64,000 nucleotides of DNA, taken from NCBI RefSeq assembly GCF_006345805.1, contig NC_042997.1, positions 205,592,001-205,656,000 of the forward strand, given 5' to 3'. This document shows, one piece after another, positions 1-11,534 of the stretch (the stretch's first letter is position 1; each line of letters starts with the position of its first letter). The notes under the pieces were generated by a model that was not told the origin of the DNA, ran no database searches, and worked only from the letters and a program-made list of their open reading frames with translations. This DNA is from Octopus sinensis. Its lineage: Eukaryota. The position numbers were made by a program, and so were the translations under genes.

Positions 1-760
1 CATTGTTACGTCAGAACATGTAATTCCAACAACAGGCAAAGTATGGCACAATGTGAGGCCTTCAAATTTGGTCAATATAGCAAGCAGCATTTACTCCATT
101 TCCTCAGCCTTCACCAATGTTTCGGAAGACCACCAGTTCAGGTTTTTGGTTGAGTGCAATCTTGCCCCTTGCCATGATGCTCTGTCTTCCCTATGAGTAT
201 CTCTCCACCATACAGCCATTGGCATGACATTCACCCCTTCTCCTCTAAATGCCAGAAATGCCAGCTCTGCTGTCTTCCAGAGAAATGCAATATCAACTTT
301 TGTTAGACAAGACTACACTCTTCCACTACTCATGTTGCCCGCTCTGACGTTTTTGCAGCTCACTGCAGATGTACCCATCAATAATGATCTGTGCGGATGT
401 GGATCCTAGCTGGACTTTGGTGAGTCAAATTGAAAGATCTCAGCACAAATGGGTCTGTGGTGAGTTCCTATGCTCTGCCTAGCTGATTCCATTGTCCTAA
501 AGAATCAGTGCTGTCGGTGCTGATGACAGTCATGACGTGTTGTTGTAACCTTTGGTCGGCCACTGTGTGGATGATTATCCATGTTGTTTGTGGCACTATC
601 TCATTCCCTCAGCCATTCAGTTGTCCAAATACTGCAGTTCAAGTCATTAGCAATGACCTATGGACGTTGACCAGTATGGAGACATCCGATGGTTTGCTCC
701 CTCTGATTTCATGTCAGTCTTGTTATGCTTCCTACATTCGGGAAATGATGGACAGGCTGG
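1..760 (-). mobile_element. Decayed Tc1/mariner transposase in the last intron of PARP copy A
   Basis: Minus-strand translation gives Tc1-like fragments HSGRPKVTT, WKSVVLSNKS (cf. W..V.FSDES) and GCMVERYS..QSIM, with stops and frameshifts. Bases 1-140 are the reverse complement of ~35645-35785. Confidence 0.8.
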
Positions 761-1021
761 AGAATTTTGGTGCCTTTTATACCCAATGAGTCAATGTTTT
801 GACTCTGCATCATACTTTTCATAAAGATGGATTCGTTTTCATGAAAAGTGAGCGAATTTGAACCCTAAATGCAATCCTTGTGTTTTCAAAAGAGAGCAGT
901 GTTGTGGGTCAGTGACATCTTCCTGATGTCAAATTACCTTGAATTGTGATAAAATCTATATAATCTCAATATCATGAAACAAATAATCTTTTACTGTGTG
1001 ATGTGTTTATATATATATATA

Positions 1022-1260
1022 TATCATCATCATCATCATCATCGTTTAACGTCCGTTTTCCGCACTAGCACGGATTGGACGGTTTGACCGGGGTCTGGGA
1101 AGCCAGGGGCTGCTCCAGGCTCCAGTCTGATCTGGCAGAGTTTCTACGGCTGGATGCCCTTCCTAACGCCAACCACTCCGCGAGTGGAGTGGGTGCTTTT
1201 TACATGCCACCTGCACAGGGGCCGGGGGGTCCGGCATCGGTCACGATCGGTTCGAGCTTT
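1022..1260 (-). mobile_element. RTE LINE 3' tail fragment with (CAT)n tail
   Basis: Same sequence as the 3' end of the long RTE copy at ~56620-56945 (gtttaacgtccgttttcc...ggatgcccttcctaacgccaaccac). Confidence 0.85.
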
Positions 1261-1269
1261 TCTAGAGTT

Positions 1270-1760
1270 GAGTTGGGGGGGGGTGCAGGTAATATAGGGA
1301 AGCATCAGTGGGGGGAAAGGTTGGGGTAAGGAGGAACGATGACAGGGAAGGGTTGGTGCAGGTTCGTAAAAAAAAAAAAACGTAGGATATCACGAGGCGG
1401 GGAGGGGACTGGAAGGAGATAGTCGGATTGAGGCAGTGACAGATTCAAAACAGGAGGTAACGTAAGATCAGTGGGGCAGTTAATGAGCTGCGGTGCTAGC
1501 AGCTTGTCTTGGTGGGGGAAGGGTAGTACAGTGAAAGCATGTGAGAAGGAGGGGTAGGAGGGAGAGACACACGTAATGGTGGTGGGGGAGGAGGAGGGAA
1601 GAGGGCATATCCGGTATAGATGGTGAGAACAGTGTTCACCGGTATTGGTGGTGGGGGTGAGAACGTGGTGGGAGGGCGGGGGCACCGCCAAATGGTGGAA
1701 AGATGGAATTAAGGATTGAAGGTAACCTTAAAGGGTTAAATTTCGTAGAGAAAGATAGGA
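1270..1760 (-). mobile_element. Probable Penelope-like element N-terminal fragment
   Basis: Pyrimidine-rich minus strand resembling the C/T-rich PLE at 30.5-32.4 kb. No catalytic motif seen. Confidence 0.3.
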
Positions 1761-1876
1761 AAAACAAAGCAAGTTACTGTATGAGTTCAGACATTTAACA
1801 ATATATATATACATATATATATATATATATGCATACATACATATATATATATATGGTTTTTTTTTATTATTCTTAG

Positions 1877-2154
1877 GCACACGTGGTGAAGGTGTTTATT
1901 TTTCCAAAAAGATCCGATATTCTGCAGATGATAACTATTCTCCTCCTGACCATCACAAAATAAAGACAATATACAAATGCAGTGTTCTTGTGGGAAGAAT
2001 GACGCAAGGACGCCAGGGATTAAAGGTTTTACAGGATCCTTACAATTCTGCTGTTGATGATATTCAAAGACCCGATATTTATGTTACTTTTGATGACTCT
2101 CAAGCATATCCTAATTATTTGATTACATTCTCTAAGGCTTTAGTAACACTTTGA
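1877..2154 (+). CDS. PARP14/15-like ADP-ribosyltransferase, terminal catalytic exon (copy A)
   Basis: Follows the acceptor ttcttag and reads (G)TRGEGVYFSKKIRYSADDNYSPPD...VLVGR...YNSAVDDIQRPDIYVTFDDSQAYPNYLITFSKALVTL*. This is a typical PARP catalytic C-terminal half. Upstream exons lie left of the window. Confidence 0.9.
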
Positions 2155-2244
2155 GTTGAGATTTGTAATTCTAAAAGTATTCAAATGTTTAACACTAAAA
2201 CTTCAATTTTGTAACACTTAAAACTATTTGAATTTTTAAAACTA

Positions 2245-2570
2245 ATGCTGTTCAAATTTGCAACTGTAAAATTATTCAGATTTGTAACGTTAAAACTATT
2301 AAAACTTGTATCACTACCACTATTCAAATTTGTAACACTAAAATTATTCAAATTTGTCACAGTGAAACTATTCAAATTTGTAACAGTAAAATTATTCAAA
2401 TTTGTAACAGTGAAACTATTCAAATTTGTAACAGTAAAATTATTCAATTTTGTAACAGTGAAACTATTCAAATTTGTAACAGTAAAATTATTCAAATTTG
2501 TAACAGTGAAACTATTCAAATTTGTAACAGTAAAATTATTCAGATTTTTGACACTAAAACAATTGAATAT
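2245..2570 (+). repeat. 24-bp minisatellite (48-bp dimer) just 3' of the PARP copy A stop
   Basis: Alternating ttcaaatttgtaacagtaaaatta / ttcaaatttgtaacagtgaaacta, about 13 units. Confidence 0.95.
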
Positions 2571-3029
2571 ATTTTAACATTTTCTTTTTTGTTACATTAG
2601 ATGTAATTATTGCTTAAAATAAAATGAAGGCTGCAGGTTCAAATCCAGTCAAAGTTTATTATTTTGTATTATATTTTTTAAAAATAAGTATAAACCGGTT
2701 TTGTGACTGGGAAGAAACTGTCCACTGATTTTGGAAATGTGATTCTAAGAAGAATAAAATTCCTTTACACTTACCAAAACCCCATCCATATGATCAAGTA
2801 GAACCCAACTGGTACATATTGAATGCCTGTTATCAGAGAAAATTGGTGGAAAACCTGTGGAGTATTCATACTTAGCATTTTGGAGTGAAATCACCAGACG
2901 ATGGCCAACCTCCTGGTGGTATAATACGGGATATTATTGGGATACACGACACTGTTGCCGTTACTTTCACCATCTTTCTTGGAATTCTCAAGTAATATCA
3001 TGGAAAATGCAGGTTAATTCTCAAAGCAT

Positions 3030-6000
3030 GATCATCGGTTAACGTCCATTTTCCATGCTAGCATGGGTTGGACAATTTGACTAACGACTGGTGTACCAGA
3101 TGGCTGCACCAGGTTCCAATCTTGATCTGGCAGAATTTCTACAGCCGGATGCCCTTCCTAATGCCAACCACTCCAAGAGTATAGTGGGTGCTTTTTACGT
3201 ACCACCGGCATGAGAGCCAGTCAGGCGGTACTGGCAACAGCCACGCTCAAATGGTGTTTTTTACATGCCACCTGCACAGGAGTCAGTCCAGTGGTACTGG
3301 CAATGATCATGCTCGAATGGTGCTTTTTATGTGCCACCGGCATGGAAGCCAGTTAGCTACTCTGGCAATGATCATGTTCGGATGGTGCTCCACTAGCACG
3401 GATGCCAGTCATCGAATTTGATTTCGATTTCACTTGTCTCAACAAGGTCTTCGCAAGCAGAGTTTAGTGTCCAATGCAGGAAAGGTACGCATAAGCGGGC
3501 CGGTTACACCCCTGGCATAGGCCACAAGGTTATGGACTTATTTGGCTTGCCGGGTCTTCTCAAGCACAGCATATTTCCAAAAGTCTCAGTTGCTAGTCAT
3601 TGCCTAGGTGCGACCTAAAGTTCAAAGGTCGTGCTTCACCAGCTCATCCCAGGTCTTCCTGGGTCTACCTCTTCCACAGGTTCCCTCAACCACTAGGGTG
3701 TGGCACTTTTTCACAAAACTATCTTCATCCATTCTCGCCACATAACCATACCAGCGCAAACATCTCTCTTGTACACCACATCTGATGCTTCTTAGATCCA
3801 ACTTTGCTCTCAGGGTACTTACACTCAGTTGAGTATGCACACTGACATTACACATCCATCGGAGCATACTGGCTTCATTCCTTGCGAGCTTACACATGTC
3901 CTCAGCAGTCACGACTCCTGTTTCACTGCCATGTAGCCTGGCTGTTCGTACGCATGCATCATACAGTCTGCCTTTTACTCTAAGCGAGAGGCCCTTTGTC
4001 ACCAGCGGAGCTCTCTGAACTTTGCCCAAGCTATTCTTATTCTTGCAGCTACACTTTCAGCGCACCCTCCCCCACTACTGACTTGGTCACCTAGGTAATG
4101 GAAGCTATCAACTACTTCTAGTTTTTCTCCCTGGAATGTGGCGGAAGCTGTTCTCTGCACATTTTCAGTTTTTATTGCTCCTGAGCATCTGCCACATACA
4201 AAAACTATCTTCCCAGTTATCCTTCCTTTGATATTACTGCACTACTTATGTGTCCATAGCTTACAGTGGGTACATCTTATAGAGTTTCTACATACGCCTT
4301 TTCTACAGATCAAGCAGAGCAATCTACCTGAAGGGATTTGTGGTTTGTGAGCCTTCCTACTTATTAGGACTTTGGTTTTAGCTAGGTTGACTCTAAGGCC
4401 CTTTGATTCTAATCCTTGTTTATACAGGTGACTAGACTATAGCCGACACTGCCAGATATTTTACGCATCTCTGCAGTGATTCCTGATGGGTCTGGGGCTT
4501 TCGCTGTCTTCATACTCTTAATTGCTTTATCTACCTAGGTATAGCTGGTCCCTCTGTTGGGTCGACATTCGGCAGACCCTCTTTCTCCCATTCATTCTCT
4601 TTATTCATTCTCTTTATTCAGCAACCTTTCATAGTGGCGTTTCCAAACCTCTCTCTTTGCAGCTTCATTTAGTGCAAGAGAACCACCATTCATGCGAACA
4701 CATTTCTCTCCTACAACATCACGATTCTCTCTCACACACTGTCTTGCAACACAAAATACCTCAAGTCTTTGGTCCTCATGGCACAGAACATTGGCAAATT
4801 TTTTTCTTATCTGCTTCCCCTCTGGCTAAATAAACCTGTCTCCTAGTTTCCCTTCTGGCAGTCTGATACGATCCCCTGCTCCCACTATTCTTCCAGTCCT
4901 TCCAAGCCTGTTTCTTTTCCTTAATGGCCCTGTCTACAATATTGTTTCACCACCACGTTACCTTGGGTCAGAATGGGACTTTGTACCATCCACAGATCTG
5001 GTCAGTGGCCCTCAGCAGTTTGTCCCGTAGAAACCTCCAGTTGTCTTCTACGTGTGAAGCTACATCCCCTTCTATTTTATCAAAGGCTTTGAGTAATATG
5101 TCTCTAAATCTCTGTCCATTTGCATGATCTTTAAGCTTCCAGACCCTTCTCCTCCATACTGGTCTTCTGGGCATCCACTTAGCCCTGATCCTGAAGTCAT
5201 TAACTACCAGTCTATGTTGTGGGGTACATTCTTTGCCTGGGAAGATTTTGACATTTATAAGTAGCCATCTTACTTGTTTCCTGGTGAGGATATCAATTTG
5301 GCTAGTGTGTCTGCCAGAACAGTAGGTGACTAGGTGACTGGCAGGTTTTCTAAAGTTAGTATTGCAAACCATAAGATCATTTGCATCACAGAACTCCAGC
5401 AGCCTGGTTCCCTCCTCGTTGCAGGAGCCAAAACCGTAGCCTCCACGTATGCCATGGAAGCCTCCGGAATGATGTCCAACATGTCCATTGAAGTCACCAG
5501 CCACAAAGAGAAGGTCCCTGTCATTCGTCAACACGGTCTTTCTGTCCATCGGGTAGCCCTGGCTGAGGGGTAAAGGCCGAGATGATGGTTACTAACCCAT
5601 GATGAAGCATTAATCTAATCTTAAGTATTCTGTCGCATCCTCTGACTACCTCAGTTACCTTATCTAACCATTTTCCTGCAAAAAGTATACCCATGCCCCT
5701 GATCCCATCAGTGTTCCCTACCCAGAAAATCTTGTACCTGTGTTCTTTGCCTGTGAGGTACCTAGCAGAACCTCCTCTCCACCTTACTTCTTGGATGCAG
5801 CACATATCGACACATCTCCGTTCAAGCATCTCAGCAATCTCATCAGACCTACCTTTCAGTGTGCCAACATTGAGAGTGTCAATCCTGAGGGTGTGGGAGG
5901 TATGGGCCCTAGAGACCCTGGGACGGGGGACAGTAGCGTCATGTACCTGAAATAAGAGCTCGCATTTGGCAGAATTCATAAGCAAACAATAGCCTTGAGT

Positions 6001-6330
6001 TCAACCTGCATACACTACCCTTTCATATTTTTGCACTATATGGTCACTACCTTATATAGTAGGGGTGGGGATGGCGTAAAGCCTTTAAAAGTGTTCATGG
6101 GAGACAAACAAAGGATGGCAAAAAATAGGGACTTCTGGTACAGGTTGATGGGGTGGAAGGGTGGGTGCACTGCGAACTAGCAAACATGGATGAGAGCACC
6201 TCCTGCATACATATTCTTTCGGTGGAGGTATTGAAAATCGAGTAGGGGAATCCGAGTACGTGCGCTAGTTTATGTATGGTGGTGGAGGAAGTAGGAAGTC
6301 TTGGCGAGGCGAGTGGTACTTGAAAGAGAG
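3030..6330 (-). mobile_element. Near full-length decayed RTE-clade LINE (APE endonuclease + RT)
   Basis: APE motifs TLNVGTL, CCIQEVRW and AGDFNGHVG. RT C-terminus LRWYGYVARM...GRGRPRKTW. Tail at ~3030. The 5' UTR is homologous to 63450-63610. Broken by stops and frameshifts. Confidence 0.92.
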
Positions 6331-6999
6331 AGAGAGAGACACACACACACAGACAGAGTGAAGCCGAGAGACAGAGAGAGAGGGTGGGTAGAGATGTTCA
6401 GAACACGAGGGAGAAAAAATATTCTTTTGGGATTTGTGTGGCATAGTTAATTAAACAAGACAGCAAATGTTGATAATAGTAAAATAGAATTGAAGAATCT
6501 GAGAGCCAGTCTAAGACAAAATTAGAGAAATAAGTGACTGTGTGATAGACTTTCATAGATGAATGAATGAATACGTTGCGGTTAAAGAATTGCTTGAACT
6601 AAGGTTATCTTAAAGGCAAAAACAGGGAGGACGAAACTATTGAAACTATATTTACATGTCTACATGGTAATGAAATAGGCAGAATAATGAAAAGAACTAA
6701 CAAGGGGTTTATGATTTGTGCAGAAATAGAAGAGTAAGTGACGAGGTTGAACAGACAAAACTTCTTATCTGAGCATCTTCTGCAATTCGTATTTTTTCGC
6801 CGAGGTACTGAAATCAAGTAAACGTCATTTTGCAAATCCAGTACAGCTTCCATGTTGCAAATTACAATACATACATATACAAGCAAAAGGACCTGGTTTC
6901 ACTTGGGTTATAAACTTATAGCCTTAACACAGATTGATAGATAGATAGATAGATAGATAGGTAGATAGATAATGATTGATACAGCAGCATAACTACAGA

Positions 7000-8290
7000 T
7001 GCTAAAATAATTTTATCATGAAGAACATTTTAGTACTGGTTTCAGCCTTTTCGACTTTTTCAACTTACAGTAAAGCATGAAAAACAATTGAATTGTGGAA
7101 AAATTAAATGAAATGTTTTAAAAAATATTTCTCTAGTTTCAAATGCAAGAGACATTTTCCTTCTTTTTCTTTCTGTCTGCATGTCTCTCTTTTTTACTCT
7201 TGTGAGGGCTTGGTTACAGGTAGTAGGTAGTAGCAGTCCTAAAAGAATATTTGATATGAGTTCTTGGTTTTGATTGTTTAAGCAGCAGTAGTAGCTGAGA
7301 AAGGGGGCAGCAAAAAGAAGAAAAAGAATAATATTAATAATCAAAATGCGGGAGTGGTATGACAGTAGTAGGATGTTGGTAGGATCCTTTTGAATGGTCA
7401 AGTGACCCAAAAGTGACCAGTTGTGGTTGTAATAGTAGTTATTGGAATTGTTCTGAATAAATTCATGGGTAGTGACTTCAGAATATATCGTTTTTAATAC
7501 TTGCGTGGGTATTATTCTAAGGCCCTTGTAATTGTGTCATTTGTGGTGGACGCATTAAAAAGGGGTTTACATTTTGTGAAAAAATATGACTCTTTGCTAA
7601 TGCGCTGATTACAAGTTGCATCGTCCCCGAATTTATTGAGGGAAAAAATTCTGAAGCTTGGTTGTTTGTTAGTGGTGCAAATGTCGATTTGTTCGCTGAA
7701 TACGATTTTTCTGTGTATTTCCGAATTCTGATGTGAGACCTAAGTAGAGCCATCCTTTGATGTAAACTGTTTTTGGTTTGTCCTATGTATTGCTTTTGAC
7801 AACCTGAACAAGTTAATATATATTTTAGGTTTTCTGAAGCATATGTGAAGTTTTTCACTGTAAAACATTGGCTCTGTTTGAAAGAGAACTTCAATCTTTC
7901 AACTGAAAAACAAAAAGTTAAATTCTGGTCATATGTATCCATGAAAGGCACAACTTTATGGACAGCTCGTCAGACTCTATAGAAAGACAAAAAAATGAAG
8001 ACCTCCTACGCAGACGAGGTAATGCTCAGAAATCAAAATTTAAGGCCGAACATATAAAAACGTTAATGTGAACAGGTTATCTCCCCTGGCCCAGAGGATT
8101 TTTAAAAACCCTTACAAGGCTCCAAAAGGTTAACCAGCAAATGGGATGAACCAATTTTCCAATAGGTAGCGCTTGAAATGGACACAGAGAAAACTTCTTT
8201 ACGATTATTAAATGCGCCAATTTTAGCATAGTCCTTAAGAATTTTGTTTCTCTCTGGGGAAGAGGCAGGCCTAGGTTTACACATTCAATA
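7000..8290 (-). mobile_element. Penelope-like element fragment (GIY-YIG end + pLTR)
   Basis: ORF 7517-7951 contains NLKYILTCSGCQKQYIGQTKNSLHQRM. The terminal sequence near 7000-7070 recurs at ~9970-10030. Confidence 0.8.
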
Positions 8291-8299
8291 TTGTATACT

Positions 8300-8760
8300 T
8301 TTATCTATCCATTTCTAAAGAGTTGTTGATGAAGGCACTTACCTTTGCTAAGGGTTTCACAGGTATTAGTGATAGTTTTATTAACGTTATTAATGTATGC
8401 CAGGAAGACCGGTACTGTCTAGCAAACATTCAACATAGGTCAAACAATCTGACCCTGAAGGCTCCTCCAATGTGGCTATGATAGCCTATGAAATGCAAAA
8501 GCAGAAATTTGATCTACTGTATTAAATGCCCGAATAGCAAGGAACTATTTATAGGTGAGACCAGGAATGCATTATCGGAATGCTCAGGAGTTCACAGACA
8601 ACAAATCTGGAACACCGATGCTTGCCAAATTCTATTGAGTGAACACAGAAACATGTGGTCAGAACATGTTTATAATTTTTCCTTTCTACAAACTACATGA
8701 CACATGAGGTTGGAAGAAAGCTAAAAGAAAAATGGTTTAAAACTTTCACGCTCGTTCTGA
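8300..8760 (+). mobile_element. Penelope-like element GIY-YIG fragment
   Basis: ORF 8488-8700: CKSRNLIYCIKCPNSKELFIGETRNALS...HRQQI. Confidence 0.8.
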
Positions 8761-8826
8761 ATGGAAATAACAGTAATAATTTGTTGTTAACCAGTTAATC
8801 ATATGGATTAAAAAATATCTTTAACA

Positions 8827-9207
8827 GGCGTAGGAGTGTGGCAAGTAGCTTGCTTACCAACCACATGGTTCCCGGTTCAGTCCCACTGCGTGGTTCCTTG
8901 GGCAAGTGTCTTCTACTATAGACTCGGGCCAACCAAAGCCTTGTGAGTGGATTTGGTAGATGGAAACTGGAAGAAGCCTGTCGTATGTATATGTGTGTAT
9001 ATGTTTGTGTGTCTTTGTTTGTTCCCCCCAACATCGCTTGACAACTGATGCTGATGTGTTTACGTCCCCGTAATTTAGTGGTTTGACAAAAATGACAGAT
9101 AGAATAAGTACTAGGCTTACAAAGAATAAGTCCTGGGGTCGATTTGCTCGACTAAAGGCGGTGCTCCTGCATGGCTACAGTCAAATGACTGAAAAAAGTA
9201 AAAGAGT
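8827..9207 (+). mobile_element. tRNA-derived CORE-type SINE
   Basis: Head with ggttcagtcccactgcgtgg and ttgggcaagtgtctt, internal (TG)n and a gtaaaagag tail. Other copies at 14492-14650 and 19692-20012. Confidence 0.8.
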
Positions 9208-9493
9208 ATATGAATATAAACAAATTACAAAACATTGGCATACCTGGCAAACCATGATGCATGCAGATTGATCAAAACGGTATTCCAAAAATTCAGCTTG
9301 TGGGAGCACTCGAAGAGGTACTACAGTTGTCAAGAACTCAACTGTCAGTTAAATACATTTGAAATCTGATGATTACTACGAACGTAAAAAAGCACTAATT
9401 GAACTTGACAAAATATTTTTAATGTTAAAATACCATAATAAAAAAACATGAAAACTAGACCATGTTTTAATTTTATTCAACTGTTTTATATAT

Positions 9494-9765
9494 CATCATC
9501 ATCATCGTTTAACGTCCGTTTTCCACGCTAGCACGGGTTGGACGGTTCGACTGGGGTCTGGGGAGCCAGGGGCTGCTCCAGGCTGATCTGGCAGTGTTTC
9601 TACAGCTGGATGCCTTTCCTAACGCCAACCACTCCGCGAGTGTAGTGGGTGCTTTTTACGTGCCACCTGCACAGGTGCCAGAGGGGTCTGGCATCGGCCA
9701 CGATCGGTTGGTGCTTTTTATGTGCCACCGGCACAGAAGCCAGTCGAGGCGGGGCTGGCATCGGC
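9494..9765 (-). mobile_element. RTE LINE 3' tail fragment
   Basis: (CAT)n followed by gtttaacgtccgttttccacgctagc, matching the other RTE tails. Confidence 0.85.
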
Positions 9766-9780
9766 AAAATGTGTAACAGA

Positions 9781-9853
9781 AGCCCCCAGTGAAGATCGAA
9801 CTCACGACCCCTGGTTTACAAGACCAGTGCTCTAACCACTGAGCTATGGAGGC
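9781..9853 (-). tRNA. tRNA-Thr (anticodon UGU)
   Basis: GCCTCCA-TA-GCTC-AGTGGTTA-GAGC-A-CTGGT-CTTGTAA-ACCAG-GGGTC-GTGAG-TTCGATC-TTCAC-TGGGGGC-T: complete 73-nt cloverleaf with all stems paired, A/B boxes and a T4 run about 11 nt downstream. Confidence 0.93.
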
Positions 9854-11534
9854 AATATATATGTATGTATGTATATATGTATATATATATGTGTGTGTGT
9901 GTAGAAGTTTGAAAAGTAACACACGTTGATATATGTATAAGGAAAATAAGACAAGTTATAAAAAGGTAAAATAATTTTATCATGAAGTACATTTTAGTAC
10001 AGGTCTCCATCTTTTCAACTTTTTCAACTAAGAGTAAAATAAAATTAAATTGAAGAAAAAGCTAAGTAAAATGTTTTGTAAATATTTCGAAAGTCTTAAA
10101 ACAGTCTGTCTGTCTCTCTCTCAGTCTCTTCCTTTGTGAAATATTGATGGGTGGTAGCAAATTTGAAGAAATAATTTTACAAGTACACGAATTGATGGTT
10201 TAAGCAGGAGCAGCTGAGAGAGGAAAAGAATAAATAATTAAGATTCAGTTGAATTAGGTACTTAAATTGAGGTACCAAGCTGGTTCAATAAAGTCCATGC
10301 AGCTCAAAGGTGAATAAAAAGCAAATATGTAACAAGGATGTACTGGTATCAGTGCATTACATCTGTTTCAAGTGGCTGCATTTAATCGATCAATGAAAAC
10401 GTTGCACCACTTTGAAATAAACCACTCTCCTTGGACGCGTTATTTCTTTAGGAAATTTTCATTGGGACCAGAGAATAAAATAATTACATTGATTTTTCTT
10501 CCTATTTCATCTGCAAAGATTCTTATGTTGCTGTGCTGGAACGAAAACAATTGCAGCGTGGAAGGTGTTTGTAAGCCAGTTAAGAAACACACAAAAGCCG
10601 TTCGATTCACTTCAACATTTAAGTTTAATTTGTCAAAATATTTTTGTCACTAAAGTCCACGACCTGTTCACTGACAAAAATCCGTGCTGCACGGATTTAT
10701 ATACATGAAATTAAATTATTAATTTATTTATTTATTTAATAAACATTTAAGTTAAATCTTATTCTAATTAAGTAGTACATACTAAAAAAATACTTTATGC
10801 TAAGTTATATACATAATACTAGTACAAGCTCTGAATATTAGAATTAAAAATAGAAAATGGTTCAAATATATTCACACCTATTATATAAACCTACTATATT
10901 ATTAATTTATATATAGTATATATAGATTTAATATTACAATCACTAATAGAATTAACCAAAATATCAATCAATATTAAACTTATTTATTTAAATGTAATAC
11001 TGCATAACAAATAAACCTCCTAACTATTAAATAATATAATGTCTTACAAAAAGTTTCTGAAAGTAAATTATATGTAATACGTTAAATCACATTATAAAAA
11101 TAATAATAAATTAAATAGATATACGTATCGTAACTAATAATTATCAAGAAATTTATATATGAATTAATATTTTAACAATAATAATAATAATAATCCAACA
11201 TAGTACAATTCAAAAATTAAATAATATTGTTAAATAAAAAACGTTACTTATCTTATCGATGAATATTATATAACTGAATTTTAAACGTAAAATTGTAGGT
11301 CTTAGCATTTATAAGAAATTAAACTCGTGAAGACGTTGTGTAAAAAGATAGAATAAATTTATTAATGAAAATGACGAAAAATATTTAAGCTTCTAGAATC
11401 AAAGAATAAGAAAACAACAAAATTATAAATGACTATTTACTATAAATTAAATTCCAAATAATTATTACATAAAATATACATATAATATTAAATTAATTTA
11501 TATTAATATAATTAATGGATCTCAATAAAATTAT

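Noticed and set aside
2245-2570. Regularly spaced repeats resembling a CRISPR array
   Set aside because: There are no unique spacers; the units are contiguous tandem copies in eukaryotic DNA, with no cas genes.
2181-2577. Overlapping ORFs with LFKFVTVK / NSFTVTNL octapeptide repeats (also at 34127-34619 and 47863-48355), superficially like an antifreeze or structural repeat protein
   Set aside because: A 24-bp unit without stops stays open on both strands by construction. It lies just past the PARP stop codon and lacks its own gene structure.
2780-3030. Segment conserved in all three PARP flanks with a strong antisense donor (TTG|gtaagt) and short ORFs such as MEYSYLAFWSEITRRW
   Set aside because: All frames contain stops and I recognise no protein family. 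Conservation is explained by the duplications. Only RNA-seq could rescue it as an exon.
5947-6050. Apparent ~100-nt GT-AG intron in the RTE 5' region (also 63610-63708)
   Set aside because: The putative acceptor lies inside the element's continuous N-terminal reading frame (LSFQ-VHD), and a spliced intron would be lost on retrotransposition.
3030-6330. Potentially active full-length RTE LINE
   Set aside because: Multiple stops and frameshifts in both the APE and RT regions; the same holds for 53476-56945.
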